From: Macrostomum lignano
Lineage: Eukaryota
Reading direction: 5' to 3'
DNA length: 64,000 nucleotides
Assembly: GCA_002269645.1 (NCBI GenBank)
Contig: NIVC01000420.1
Location: 496,001 to 560,000 of the forward strand
The notes under the pieces are model-generated. The model was not told the origin of the DNA and ran no database searches. It worked only from the letters and a program-made list of their open reading frames with translations. A program made the translations under genes and the position numbers. Position 1 is the stretch's first letter. Each line of letters starts with the position of its first letter. Shown here piece after piece: positions 26,301 to 38,300 of this stretch.

Positions 26301-29300
26301 AGCAACATCTTCGGCTGTCTGAAATACGCAACATTCGACGACAAAATGTACGACCGCATCGTGGCCGTGAGCTCCCGCGAGGCCGATGCCATGCAGCTGG
26401 AGACACCCGTGATGGCGCAGGGGAACGTGGAGGCCTGGCTGGGCGAGCTGCTGCGCAGCTGCAGGGCCTCCGTGCACGCTAGCATCTGCAGCGCCTTCCG
26501 CGGAGTGAAGGTGCGAATGAATCCTCTCTGCTAGGTTTTGAGCTCTGAAAAATGGGTCGGTGAGGCAGATTCTCAGGCACTGAGGGAGAGAGGAGAGGCA
26601 GATTCTCAGGCACTGAGGGAGAGCGGAGAGGCATATTCTCAAGAACTGAGGGAGAGAGGAGAGGCAGATTCTCAAGCACTGAGGGAGAGCGGAGAGGCAG
26701 ATTCTCAGGCACTGAGGGAGAGAGGAGAGGCAGATTCTCAAGCACTGAGGGAGAGCGGAGAGGCAGATTCTCAGGCACTGAGGGAGAGCGGAGAGGCAGA
26801 TTCTCAGGCACTGAGGGAGAGCGGAGAGGCAGATTCTCAGGCACTGAGGGAGAGCGGAGAGGCAGATTCTCAGGCACTGAGGGACAACAGAGAGGCAGAT
26901 TCTCAGGCACTGAGGGAGAGCGGAGAGGCAGATTCTCAGGCACTGAGGGAGAGAGGAGAGGCAGATTCTCAGGCACTGAGGGACAACAGAGAGGCAGATT
27001 CTCAGGCACTGAGGGAGAGCGGAGAGGCAGATTCTCAGGCACTGAGGGACAACAGAGAGGCAGATTCTCAGGCACTGAGGGAGAGCGGAGAGGCAGATTC
27101 TCAAGAACTGAGGGAGAGCGGAGAGGCAGATTCTCAAGCACTGAGGGAGAGCGGAGAGGCAGATTCTCAAGAACTGAGGGAGAGCGGAGAGGCAGATTCT
27201 CAAGCACTGAGGGAGAGCGGAGAGGCAGATTCTCAAGCACTGAGGGAGAGCGGAGAGGCAGATTCTCAAGAACTGAGGGAGAGCGGAGAGGCAGATTCTC
27301 AAGCACTGAGGGAGAGCGGAGAGGCAGATTCTCAAGCACTGAGGGAGAGCGGAGAGGCAGATTCTCAGGCACTGAGGGAGAGCGGAGAGGCAGATTCTCA
27401 GGCACTGAGGGAGAGAGGAGAGGCAGATTCTCAGGCACTGAGGGACAACAGAGAGGCAGATTCTCAGGCACTGAGGGAGAGCGGAGAGGCAGATTCTCAG
27501 GCACTGAGGGACAACAGAGAGGCAGATTCTCAGGCACTGAGGGAGAGCGGAGAGGCAGATTCTCAAGCACTGAGGGAGAGCGGAGAGGCAGATTCTCAAG
27601 AACTGAGGGAGAGCGGAGAGGCAGATTCTCAAGCACTGAGGGAGAGAGGAGAGGCAGATTCTCAGGCACTGAGGGACAACAGAGAGGCAGATTCTCAGGC
27701 ACTGAGGGAGAGCGGAGAGGCAGATTCTCAGGCACTGAGGGACAACAGAGAGGCAGATTCTCAGGCACTGAGGGAGAGCGGAGAGGCAGATTCTCAAGAA
27801 CTGAGGGAGAGCGGAGAGGCAGATTCTCAAGCACTGAGGGAGAGCGGAGAGGCAGATTCTCAAGAACTGAGGGAGAGCGGAGAGGCAGATTCTCAAGCAC
27901 TGAGGGAGAGCGGAGAGGCAGATTCTCAAGCACTGAGGGAGAGCGGAGAGGCAGATTCTCAAGAACTGAGGGAGAGCGGAGAGGCAGATTCTCAAGCACT
28001 GAGGGAGAGCGGAGAGGCAGATTCTCAAGCACTGAGGGAGAGCGGAGAGGCAGATTCTCAGGCACTGAGGGAGAGCGGAGAGGCAGATTCTCAGGCACTG
28101 AGGGAGAGAGGAGAGGCAGATTCTCAGGCACTGAGGGACAACAGAGAGGCAGATTCTCAGGCACTGAGGGAGAGCGGAGAGGCAGATTCTCAGGCACTGA
28201 GGGACAACAGAGAGGCAGATTCTCAGGCACTGAGGGAGAGCGGAGAGGCAGATTCTCAAGAACTGAGGGAGAGCGGAGAGGCAGATTCTCAAGCACTGAG
28301 GGAGAGCGGAGAGGCAGATTCTCAAGCACTGAGGGAGAGCGGAGAGGCAGATTCTCAAGAACTGAGGGAGAGCGGAGAGGCAGATTCTCAGGCACTGAGG
28401 GAGAGCGGAGAGGCAGATTCTCAAGAACTGAGGGAGAGCGGAGAGGCAGATTCTCAGGCACTGAGGGAGAGCGGAGAGGCAGATTCTCAGGCACTGAGGG
28501 ACAACAGAGAGGCAGATTCTCAGGCATTGAGGGAGAGAGGAGAGGCAGATTCTCAGGCATTGAGGGAGAGCAGAGAGGCAGATTCTCAGGCACTAAGGGA
28601 GAGCAGAGAGGCAGATTCTCAGGCACTAAGGGAGAGCAGAGAGGCAGATTCTCAGGCACTGAGGGAGAGCAGAGAGGCAGATTCTCAGGCACTGAGGGAC
28701 AACGGAGAGGCAGATTCTCAGGCACTGAGGGACAACGGAGAGGCAGATTCTCAGGCACTGAGGGACAACGGAGAGGCAGATTCTCAGGCACTGAGGGACA
28801 ACGGAGAGGCAGATTCTCAGGCACTGAGGGACAACGGAGAGGCAGATTCTCAGGCACTGAGGGACAACGGAGAGGCAGATTCTCGCCCACTGAGGGACAA
28901 CGGAGAGGCAGATTCTCAAGCACTGAGGGACAACGGAGAGGCAGATTCTCACCCACTGAGGGACAACAGAGAGGCAGATTCTCAGGCACTGGCAGATTCC
29001 AACACCGCAACTTCTCCCTCTTGCAGGCTGCAGGCTTTCGAACCCTCGATCTCCTGTCGGCAGCGCCAGCCCAGGCCGGCCACGTGGCCCTCCAGCTGCT
29101 GTGGACCAGCCAATCGGAGGAGGCGGTGACTCAGGCCAAGTCCGACCGGAAAATCATGCAGCAGACCAGCGATCGCTTTCAGGCCATTCTGACAGACCTG
29201 ATTGGCGCAACTACCTCTCAGGACCTGCCGAAATTGCAGCGCGCCAGAGCCGAGGCTCTGGTCACCTTGCAGCTGCACCTTCGAGATTCGTTTGAAGAAC

Positions 29301-32300
29301 TACTTCGCGCCCAGGTTTGAAATAATTTTGAAAGATAAGCAGTGCTATTGTCACTTCTTATCTGGCTTGATCATTTTAGCCGATTAACCTCCGTGATTAG
29401 TGAGTTGAGTTGTGTTCTTACCTGGAAGTATTCCTGACCTCCTCCCCCCCAACCAGGTGAGACACATCAGCGAATTCGAATGGCAGAGGCGGATCAGATT
29501 CTACCTAAGAAACGAGTCAAGGGGTCACTGCACGATTAGCATCACGGATGTGGATTTGCCCTACATGAACGAATTCTTAGGCTGCCCAGAGAGGCTGGTG
29601 GCCACCCCTCTGACAGAGCGGTGCAGCATCGCCATGGCTCAGGCGCTCGGCATGGCCCTGGGAGCCATGCTTGCCGGGCCCACGGGAGCGGGCAAAACCG
29701 AAACTGCCAAGGATGTCGGCAGGACTCTAGGCAGATACGTGGTGCTGCTGAACTGCTCCGATCAGATAGACTATCGAGCTCTGGGACGAATTGTCAAGGT
29801 GAGCGAATTTCTGGGTTGTAAGGATTTGCTGGTTGTTGAGCAACCAAGGACTACTAGACTATAACGAAGTGTTCCTAGTGGTCCTTGTGAGCAACATGAG
29901 TCGTTTGTGTTGGTTTTTGAGCAACGTGCTTTTTGTTGTTTGTTGAGCAACATGCTTCGTTGTTTATTGAGCAATATGTTTTTTGTTATTGAAAACATGA
30001 TTAAGTGAACATAATGATTTGTTTCACGTAATGATTTCACTTAATGAAAACATGGTTAGTGAACAGAATGATTTTATGGTTTTTGAGCAACATGATTTGT
30101 TGTTTATTGAGCAACATGATTTGTTGTTTATTGAGCAACATGATTTGTTGTTTATTGAGCAACATGATTTGTTGTTTATTGAGCAACATGATTTGTTGTT
30201 TATTGAGCAACATGATTTGTTGTTTATTGAGCAACATGATTTGTTGTTTATTGAGCAACATGATTTTGTTATTGAAAAACATGATTTGTTCGTTAGTGAA
30301 CATTACGATTTGTTGGTTGTTGAATTCTTGATTATCGTTTGCTGAATTTGAAGTTATTGATTCAGCCACTTGTGTTTTGAACGGAATTAAAGTGCATAGT
30401 GATTTTCTGAGCTGAAACAGAAAATAAGCTAACTCGTAATTCTTCGATTTCAAAACTGTTGAAGTCTGTGTTTTGTCGAATCACACAGAGTTACATTTTT
30501 GGCAACTCCGCAGGGCCTGGCGCAGTCAGGCAGCTGGGGCTGTCTGGACGAGTTCAACCGCATGGATCCGTCCGTGATGTCCGTGGCCGCCCAGCAGGTG
30601 TCCCTGGCGTTGGCCTGCAAGAAGGAGCGCCGTCAGCAGTTCGTGTTCACTGACGGCGACACTGTGGAGCTAAATGCCGAGTTTGCCGTCTTCATCACCA
30701 CGGTGGGTTTGATTAAAGATCTTAAAAAAATAATTGGCTTGATCCATCGACACTCGCGCAGGGTATATCGCATCCCTGACATTCTTATCGTCAAGTTGCT
30801 GCCTATGATTCGTGCCTTTGAGGGCCAACCACAGACAGCTCAGCCGCAGCTATTGCGCGGCGCATCTGAAGGCTGCGTACGGCTGTTCAGTCCAAGGACT
30901 GGTGGGTCGCCACACACACCCTCAATTACCCCAGCTAATGCTGGCACCCATTTTACAGCTGGGTGAACTGAAGCAATGCAGAGTTAGGTGTCCTGCTCAA
31001 GGACACAAACTGTTCCGAGTCCGACTTTTCAATCGCGAGTCCAACGCTCTAACCACTAAGCTGCAGCCGCCTAACTCAACTGTAATAAAGCAGGGTCCAA
31101 TGCATTCTCAAACCCTCTGCAAACACAGACTACTTCTATCTTTAAAAGTCCTCTTTTCCTGCTCCACTCCCCCAGAGCCCCGGTTATCCAGGCAGGCTGG
31201 AGCTGCCCGAGAATCTCAAGACCAGTTTCCGACCAGTTGCCATGGTAACCCCGGATGCCACTGCGGTACTGCGAGTGCGACTGACGGCGGCCGGCTATCA
31301 GCTTCAGGCGGCCGGCCAGCTGGCCAGGAAGACCGTTGCGCTTCTGCGCGCCTGCGATGATCAGCTGAGCCATCGGCCGCAGTACGACTTTGGCATGCGG
31401 ACCGCTGTGGCTGCTGGCAGGGCGCTGGTGGCAGCCAGGAGGGAGCTCCTGACGACTGCTCAGAAACAGCCACCAGTGCAGACCTCAGCCAGGTAAGTTG
31501 ACTGATTTGAATCCTGTGTACGTTATATCTTCATTTTATATTTTATTGCTGAATTCATTAATTTGTGCATCTGATTACTATTTAATAAATCTACCTACTG
31601 CCTGACCAACTGACTCATTAACAGGTTCGATTCTCTGTCGTTCAACCGTAGGCCGTCGCTCAGCGCCAGCGGCTACCATCAGCTCCAGCAGCTCCAGCAG
31701 CAGCAGCAACAAGACTCTGAGCAGTCTGTGGCCGTGCGAGCCCTTCGCGACGCTCTCCTGCCTCGTCTGGATGAATCGGACGAGCCGCAGTTGCTCAGCC
31801 TGCTAGAGGATCTGTTCCCGGGCTGCGGCCCAGGCCCGGACAGGCGTCCGGCGGCTCCGGATGTTGAAGCGGCCGTTGCTAGACAAGTTGAGAACCTGGG
31901 CCTGACGCCTCATCCGGCTTGGATGCACAAGTGCGCTCAGCTTTACGAGACGCAGTTGAACAGGTGAGCTAAGAGTAAAGGAAAGAATTGGAGATCTGGG
32001 ATCATGATGGGTATAGGGCGAAGGATCGATCCTCTCTCGCTCCAACCGGCTCACCGAGCAGACACGGCGTGATCCTCCTGGGCGAGTCCGGCTCCGGCAA
32101 GACCAGCTGCGGCGCCGTTCTCCTGCGCGCCCTCGCCGAGTTAGGCGCCCCGCGCCGCGAGCTGCGCCTGAATCCCAAAGCCCTTGGAGACGGCGCCCCA
32201 GCCGAGCGACTGTTCGGCAAGCTGGACGCCGCTAGCAACGATTGGCGCGACGGAGTTTTCTCGGCGCTTTGGCGCCGGATTCGCCGCGCCAAGAGAGAAC

Positions 32301-35300
32301 AACAGCAGCAACATCAACAGCAGGCAGCCTGGCTGGTGCTGGACGGACCCATTGATGCCGTGTGGGTGGAAAGCTTGAACTCGGTGCTGGATGACAACCG
32401 GCTGCTGACTCTGGCTAATGGTGAGTGATTTGCCAAACTCTGGTCGAATCGATCGACATTTCGTCACATGCTCTGCTGCGAATTTCTAGCGATAGGTCGA
32501 CACGCAGCCATGCGTGATGCCCTCTGATCCCTCCATTCCATGTGTGATGCCCTCCGATCCTTCCATTCCATGCGTGATGCCCTCCGATCCCTCCATTCCA
32601 TGCGTGATGCCCTCCGATCCTTCCATTCCATGCGTGATGCCCTCCGATCCCTCCATTCCATGCGTGATGCCCTCCGATCCCTCCATTCCATGTGTGATGC
32701 CCTCCGATCCTTCTATTTCATGCGTGGTGCCCTCCGATCCCCCCTTCCATGCGTGATGCCCTCCGATCCCTCCATTCCATGCGTGATGCCCTCCGATCCC
32801 TCCATTCCATACGTGATGCCCCTCCCTGACTTCAGGCGATCGAATTTCCATGGCCCTGGGCTGTCGAGTCCTATTCGAAGTGGACAGCATTCAGAACGCC
32901 ACGCCGTCCACTGTGTCTCGAAACGGCCTGGTGCACTTCGGTCCCGGCGTGCTGGACTGGCAGCCGGTGCTGGCGGCCTGGCTGGCTCAACTCCAGGACT
33001 GGCAGCGCGCACCTGTTAAGGCCATTTTTGAAGCCGGCTTTCCTGGCGGACTGGGCTTTGTAATGCAAAATCTGAGGACAAAAATTACGGTGCGATTTCT
33101 GATTAATTGATTTCTTTCTTCGTTCTAGGACTACACGATTATATAGGGAGAAAGACAACAGTATGCGATCAAAGTACTTCCCATTCAGTAGTGTTATCTC
33201 TTTTTATTCATCACGGCTTCCTATTGGTTGAGTCTTCCCACTTTAACTCCCAGTATTTTATTATCCATCCTCGCGCTCCAGGAAGTTTGGGTAGGCATGT
33301 ACGTTGTCCCTGGGCACAAAGATAGCAAATATGTGTCACGTGATTGTCTGTCTGGTTCTAAAATCTATCCAACCACTGCAGTTAACAAGAAACTGTTTTA
33401 ATTCAACGAGCTACACAGAATAATCAGGCCAAAGAGCACGTGAGATACAAGTCAGATTTGGTGATTCAGCTGCCTAAGGAGTTCACCAACCGGGTTGGCC
33501 ATCAGGATGATCGTACACAGGAGCGTAGCCAGGGGACACACAACCAGCTGACAGTAGTGTATGCCCCCTTACACTATACGGTTTTTTCATCAGGCGTTAC
33601 TAAATGACAAATATAACATTGTCAGGGAGATTTAGGGTGGGAGGGTTTAGCTGTTGGTAAGTATACAATGCACGCTAATCGTACAAACCTTGTTCATTTT
33701 TTCAGGTCCCAGAGTGCAACTACATTCATCAGGCCACAAGCTTATTGTCCAGTCTCATATCTTCCACAGAAGATTCTTCGCCAAACCAGCAACAACAGCA
33801 ACAGCAACAGCATCATCAACAACACCTAGAGCAGCAGCACCTGCAGAGGCTAGCAATTTTCTCGCTGATCTGGTCTTTGGGCTGCCTTCTGGAGCCTGAA
33901 CAGCAGCACCGGTTGGAAGAACACCTGAGATCCTCCGCTGCCTACCCAACTCTGCAGCCGCTGCTGCCTCCGACAACTTTCAACGGCGGCGAAGATGCTT
34001 CCACTGCCACTGCTGCCACAATATTTGACTTCTACGTTGACTCGGTCAGCGGTGAATGGCTGCACTGGTCGCAACTGCTGCCGGGTCGGCCAAGACCGGC
34101 GACTGCGTCGTCCACATCCGAAGAAGCTCTGCCGGTAGCGAGGCCCGTGACTCACTCGGACGCTGTCAGAATGGACTACCTGATCCGAACGGCGGCTCGG
34201 GGCGGCGGCGTCCTTCTTGTCGGTGGCCCTGGCGTCGGCAAAACCACAGCAGCCCGCGCCTACGGAGCGGCCGCCTGCGATCCGGAGTCGCATCTGTTCC
34301 GTCACGTCGCCTTCTCGAGCGCTAGCACGCCAAGCGCCTTCCAGCGCAGCGTTGAGTCGTACGTCGACAAACGGATGGGAGCGACATTCGGCCCCCCGGC
34401 TGGCAAGCGACTGACGATGTTCATTGACGACATCGGCATGCCGGACCGAGACGCCTGGGGCGACCAGCCGACCAGTGAGGCGCTCCGTCAGCTGATGGAG
34501 TCAGGCGGCTTCTACAATCTGAAAAAGCCTGGAGAGTTCACCACCATCGTTGATGTCCACTTTCTGGCTGCCATGGCGCATCCGGGTGCCGGTCGTGGTG
34601 ACATTCCGGCGAGACTGAAACGCCAGTTCCGCATCTTCAATTGCTGCCTGCCCAGTCCGGCCAGCCTCGACAAAATCTACGGCTCCCTGGCTGCCGGTCA
34701 CTTCAGCGTCGAGCGCGGCTTTACTGAGGACGTGTGCGCCGTGGCCGAGCGTCTGGTAGCGGCCACGCGGCGCCTGTGGCAGCGCGCACGCATCAAATTG
34801 GCGCCAACGCCGGCCAGGTTTCATTGCCAGTTCACGATGCGCGACCTCGGCCGGGTCTGGCAGGGCATGATGAACGCGGCGCCGAAGACGGCGACCAGCC
34901 CAGCCGCTCTGATTGCCCTGTGGCGTCACGAGTGCGCCCGCTCGATGTCCGACCGCCTGCCGGAGCCGGCCGACCGAGACTGGTTGGAGCGGATGGCCCG
35001 CCTCACCGCCGAGGAGGAGTGCGGAGCCGCCGCAGCGGTTGCCGCCGGAGGCGATGCCGGCCTGTTCGTCCACTTTCTACCGAACGGCGATGCTCCTGGC
35101 TCAGAAGCTCGATCATCTGCAACACCGGCTGAGATTTGGGAGGCTGTCAAAGGTGTCAGTCTCTATCAGCAGGCTCGGAGCTACGATCAGTTGACTGGCA
35201 GGCTCAGCGACTGCCTTGCCGCATATAACAAAGCGGCCAAAGAAGCCGCCGATCCCGTCGGGATGCCCAGCTTGGGCAACATGGTGCTGTTCGACGAGGC

Positions 35301-38300
35301 TGTCGCTCACCTGGCTCGAGTGTCCCGGATCATTCGGACGCCAAGTGGTCACGCGCTGCTGCTTGGGCCACCAGGCTGCGGCCGGAGATCGCTGACTCGA
35401 CTGGCCGCTTTTGCTGCCGGACAGACCGTGCGTCGGCCGGACCCCAGCTGCCGGTACAGTCAGGTAAGTGCAGGCTGTATTTTTCATATTCCCAAGCTTC
35501 CCAAACACTAAACAATTTAACACCTTTAAAAACAAAAATTCTAAACGATTGCACATTTTATGCAAGCACATTCATTCCCGTCTTAAGGCCAGCCTCATTG
35601 AGGATCTGCGGCAGCTGCACAGAACCGCAGGTCTGCAGAACAGCGGTGTCACCTTCCTGTTGACTGAGGCCGACCTAAGCAGCGACGATGAAGGCCCGCT
35701 TGAGACGATCAACAGTCTGCTGGCTGTCGGCGAGGTGCCCGGTCTTTTTAGCAGAGACGAGCTCGAAGAGATGCTCGGAGAGCTAGTCCCAGCCATGAAG
35801 CGGGATTTTCCTCGCAGACAGCCGACAAATGAAAACCTGTTGGACTATTACAGCAACAGGCTGAGCCGGAACCTTCACCTCGTGCTGTGCCTGTCGCCAC
35901 AGGAGCCGCTGCTTCGTCAGCGAGTTCTTCGCTACCCGGGACTGCTCTCGGGCTGCACGGTGGACTGGTACCGGCCGTGGCCGCGGCCGGCTCTCATCAG
36001 CGTGTCGCGCCATTTTCTAGCCAGCCGGCGAGTGGAGTTCGGCGACGATCTGGAGGACTCCGTGGTGGCGGCAATGGCGCAGTTTCAAGTGGCCGCGGCC
36101 GAAGTGGCAGATGAGCAGCTGCGGAAATGCGGTCGACGTGGGGACGCCACAACGCAGGTTGGTAGTGCGGGTCAGAGCGGCAGCAGGAGAGAAGGGCAAT
36201 GTCGCATTTGCACTATTAAAATTTCAAAATTATTTAGGATTATCCATGATTTGCTATCCTGGGGTCCGTGCGAGAGGAGAGGAGAGTAGATAGATCGGAA
36301 TGGGGGAGCGTGGCGAGAAGAGAGGAGAGAATAGTGGGTTAGAAAACTGTTTCTAGCAGTTTCTTCTGAAGCTTTGAGTAGCTTCTCAAACAACTCTTTC
36401 CCATCGAACGCAGGCCTTCCTAGGCTTCGCGGCTGCCTTCGCCGACGTGTACTCCAGTCGACGCGATGAGCTGGACCTCCGGGCTTCTCGGATGGACACC
36501 GGCCTACGCAAGCTGCTGGATGCCGCCGGCTCAGTCGGCGGTCTGGCGCGTGACCTGTCAGCTAAGGAGGCCGCTCTGGTCGACATCAGCCGAGTGGCTG
36601 ACGAAGCACTCAAGGAGCTCACTGAGACGGCTTCAACTATGCAGGAAATCCGTGAGCAGGTGGATGTGGTCCGCGAGCGAGCCCAATCTCTGGTCGAGGC
36701 TATGGACGTGGATCGGGAGATAGCGGAGGAGAAGCTGGAGGCGGCCAAGCCGGCGCTCGAAGAGGCGGAGACGGCGCTGCAGACGCTGAAGCCGGCCGAC
36801 ATCTCGACAGTGAAGAAGCTGGCAAAACCGCCGCATCTCATCATGCGCATCATGGACTGCGTGCTGCTGCTATTCCGACGGCACATCGACCCGGTGACAA
36901 TGGACCCGGAGAAGAACTGCATCAAGCCGTCCTGGAGTGAGGCGTTGAAATTGCTCAGCGGAGATTTTCTAGGGGCGCTGCTTAACTTTCCGAAGGTCTG
37001 AAGTGTATAAAGCACATTTTCTTAATTAAAATTTTTGGGTTCTTAATGAGGTGGTGCCTTAGTGACCTCAAGAGGGTGTAACTAATTATAGATTGGTGTT
37101 AATTAGGTTCTTTATTGATACACCCCACCTGTAACGAGTGGAACCCGGAGATTCGGGTTGGGAAGTTAAGTGACCCTGTCAGGTGTACGAGCTACTTAGT
37201 GGAAGTTTTAAATTGTGGCTTGTAGGTTTGAGTAGCCCCTACCAGGGGTAAACGCATTAGTAGTGGTAGTGGCATATCAGCCGGAGGACTGCAAGAGTAT
37301 GAGTATCTAGCTGTACAGTGCTCACAAAAACAATCCTAGGACACAATCAACGGTGAAACTGCCGAGCTGCTGCAGCCCTACTTCGAGATGGAGGACTACA
37401 CCATGGAGACGGCTCGGAAAGTGAGCGGCAACGTAGCCGGACTGTGCGCCTGGACCCAGGCCATGGCCACGTTCTACAGCATCAACAAGGATGTCATGCC
37501 GTTGAAGGTTGGTGGGACTTTTACCCGTGTATATAAGATTTTTACTTGCACTTTTAGAAGGTGAGCCAGCCAAACACAAACGGAATCTACGCATATTCTT
37601 TTGGTTATTAATAATTAAGATGCCTTGGATGTCCGTCGCTTTGTATGAGAATACACACAGATACTATAATTAATAGATTAGATGGACTACTTAGCACATC
37701 TACGTGTAAGCTAATTTCGGTTTAGTACTCGTAGAAAGTCAAATATCGGATATGTCTGGGGACCGGGAAGGCCAGCGCAGAGTGCGCAGTTGTAGCTGTT
37801 CTTTCAGTTGACTAACAGCATCGGCTCGGTGCGGCGGCGCGTTGTTATCCTGGACAACCCCCAAGTAGCAATGAGCTTCGCGCGTGCCGTAAGTTGCGTC
37901 ACTCGCAAAGTGAGAAAAATTCATCTCGATTGGAGGGTGGAACTTTTGACTGTTGCTGAGTATATATGTATTTAGGAGACTCGTTTATTGGCCCTTTTAA
38001 GGCTCTTTCACACCTACCAAATGAGCCAAAATCACACGACCAATGTACAAAGGAATCAAATTTGATCTACAAGTTGTGTTTATCACTCGAAATCTGGCCT
38101 TATTTGATGGCGGTGCTTAGCAGAACCCTTCCGGCTTAGTCTTGCTCTTGCCTGAGCAACCGCCCCGCCTCCCAATTTTTATTGCCTTTCTCGGTGTTTC
38201 CTGCCTAAGACTGCCTGGCATGTACATTATACAGGCTCGTTTATTGACCCTCCTCACCCCCACCAGAACCTCTTCCGACCCGTACAAAATCTCTACCCCC

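Noticed and set aside
26280-29129. Long ORFs of 714, 843 and 863 aa
   Set aside because: Translations of a 33-bp (multiple of 3) intronic tandem repeat; the dynein exons on both sides splice in frame without them.
37100-37320. Structured-looking intronic segment, possible snoRNA
   Set aside because: Small hairpins only; no convincing C/D or H/ACA box arrangement.
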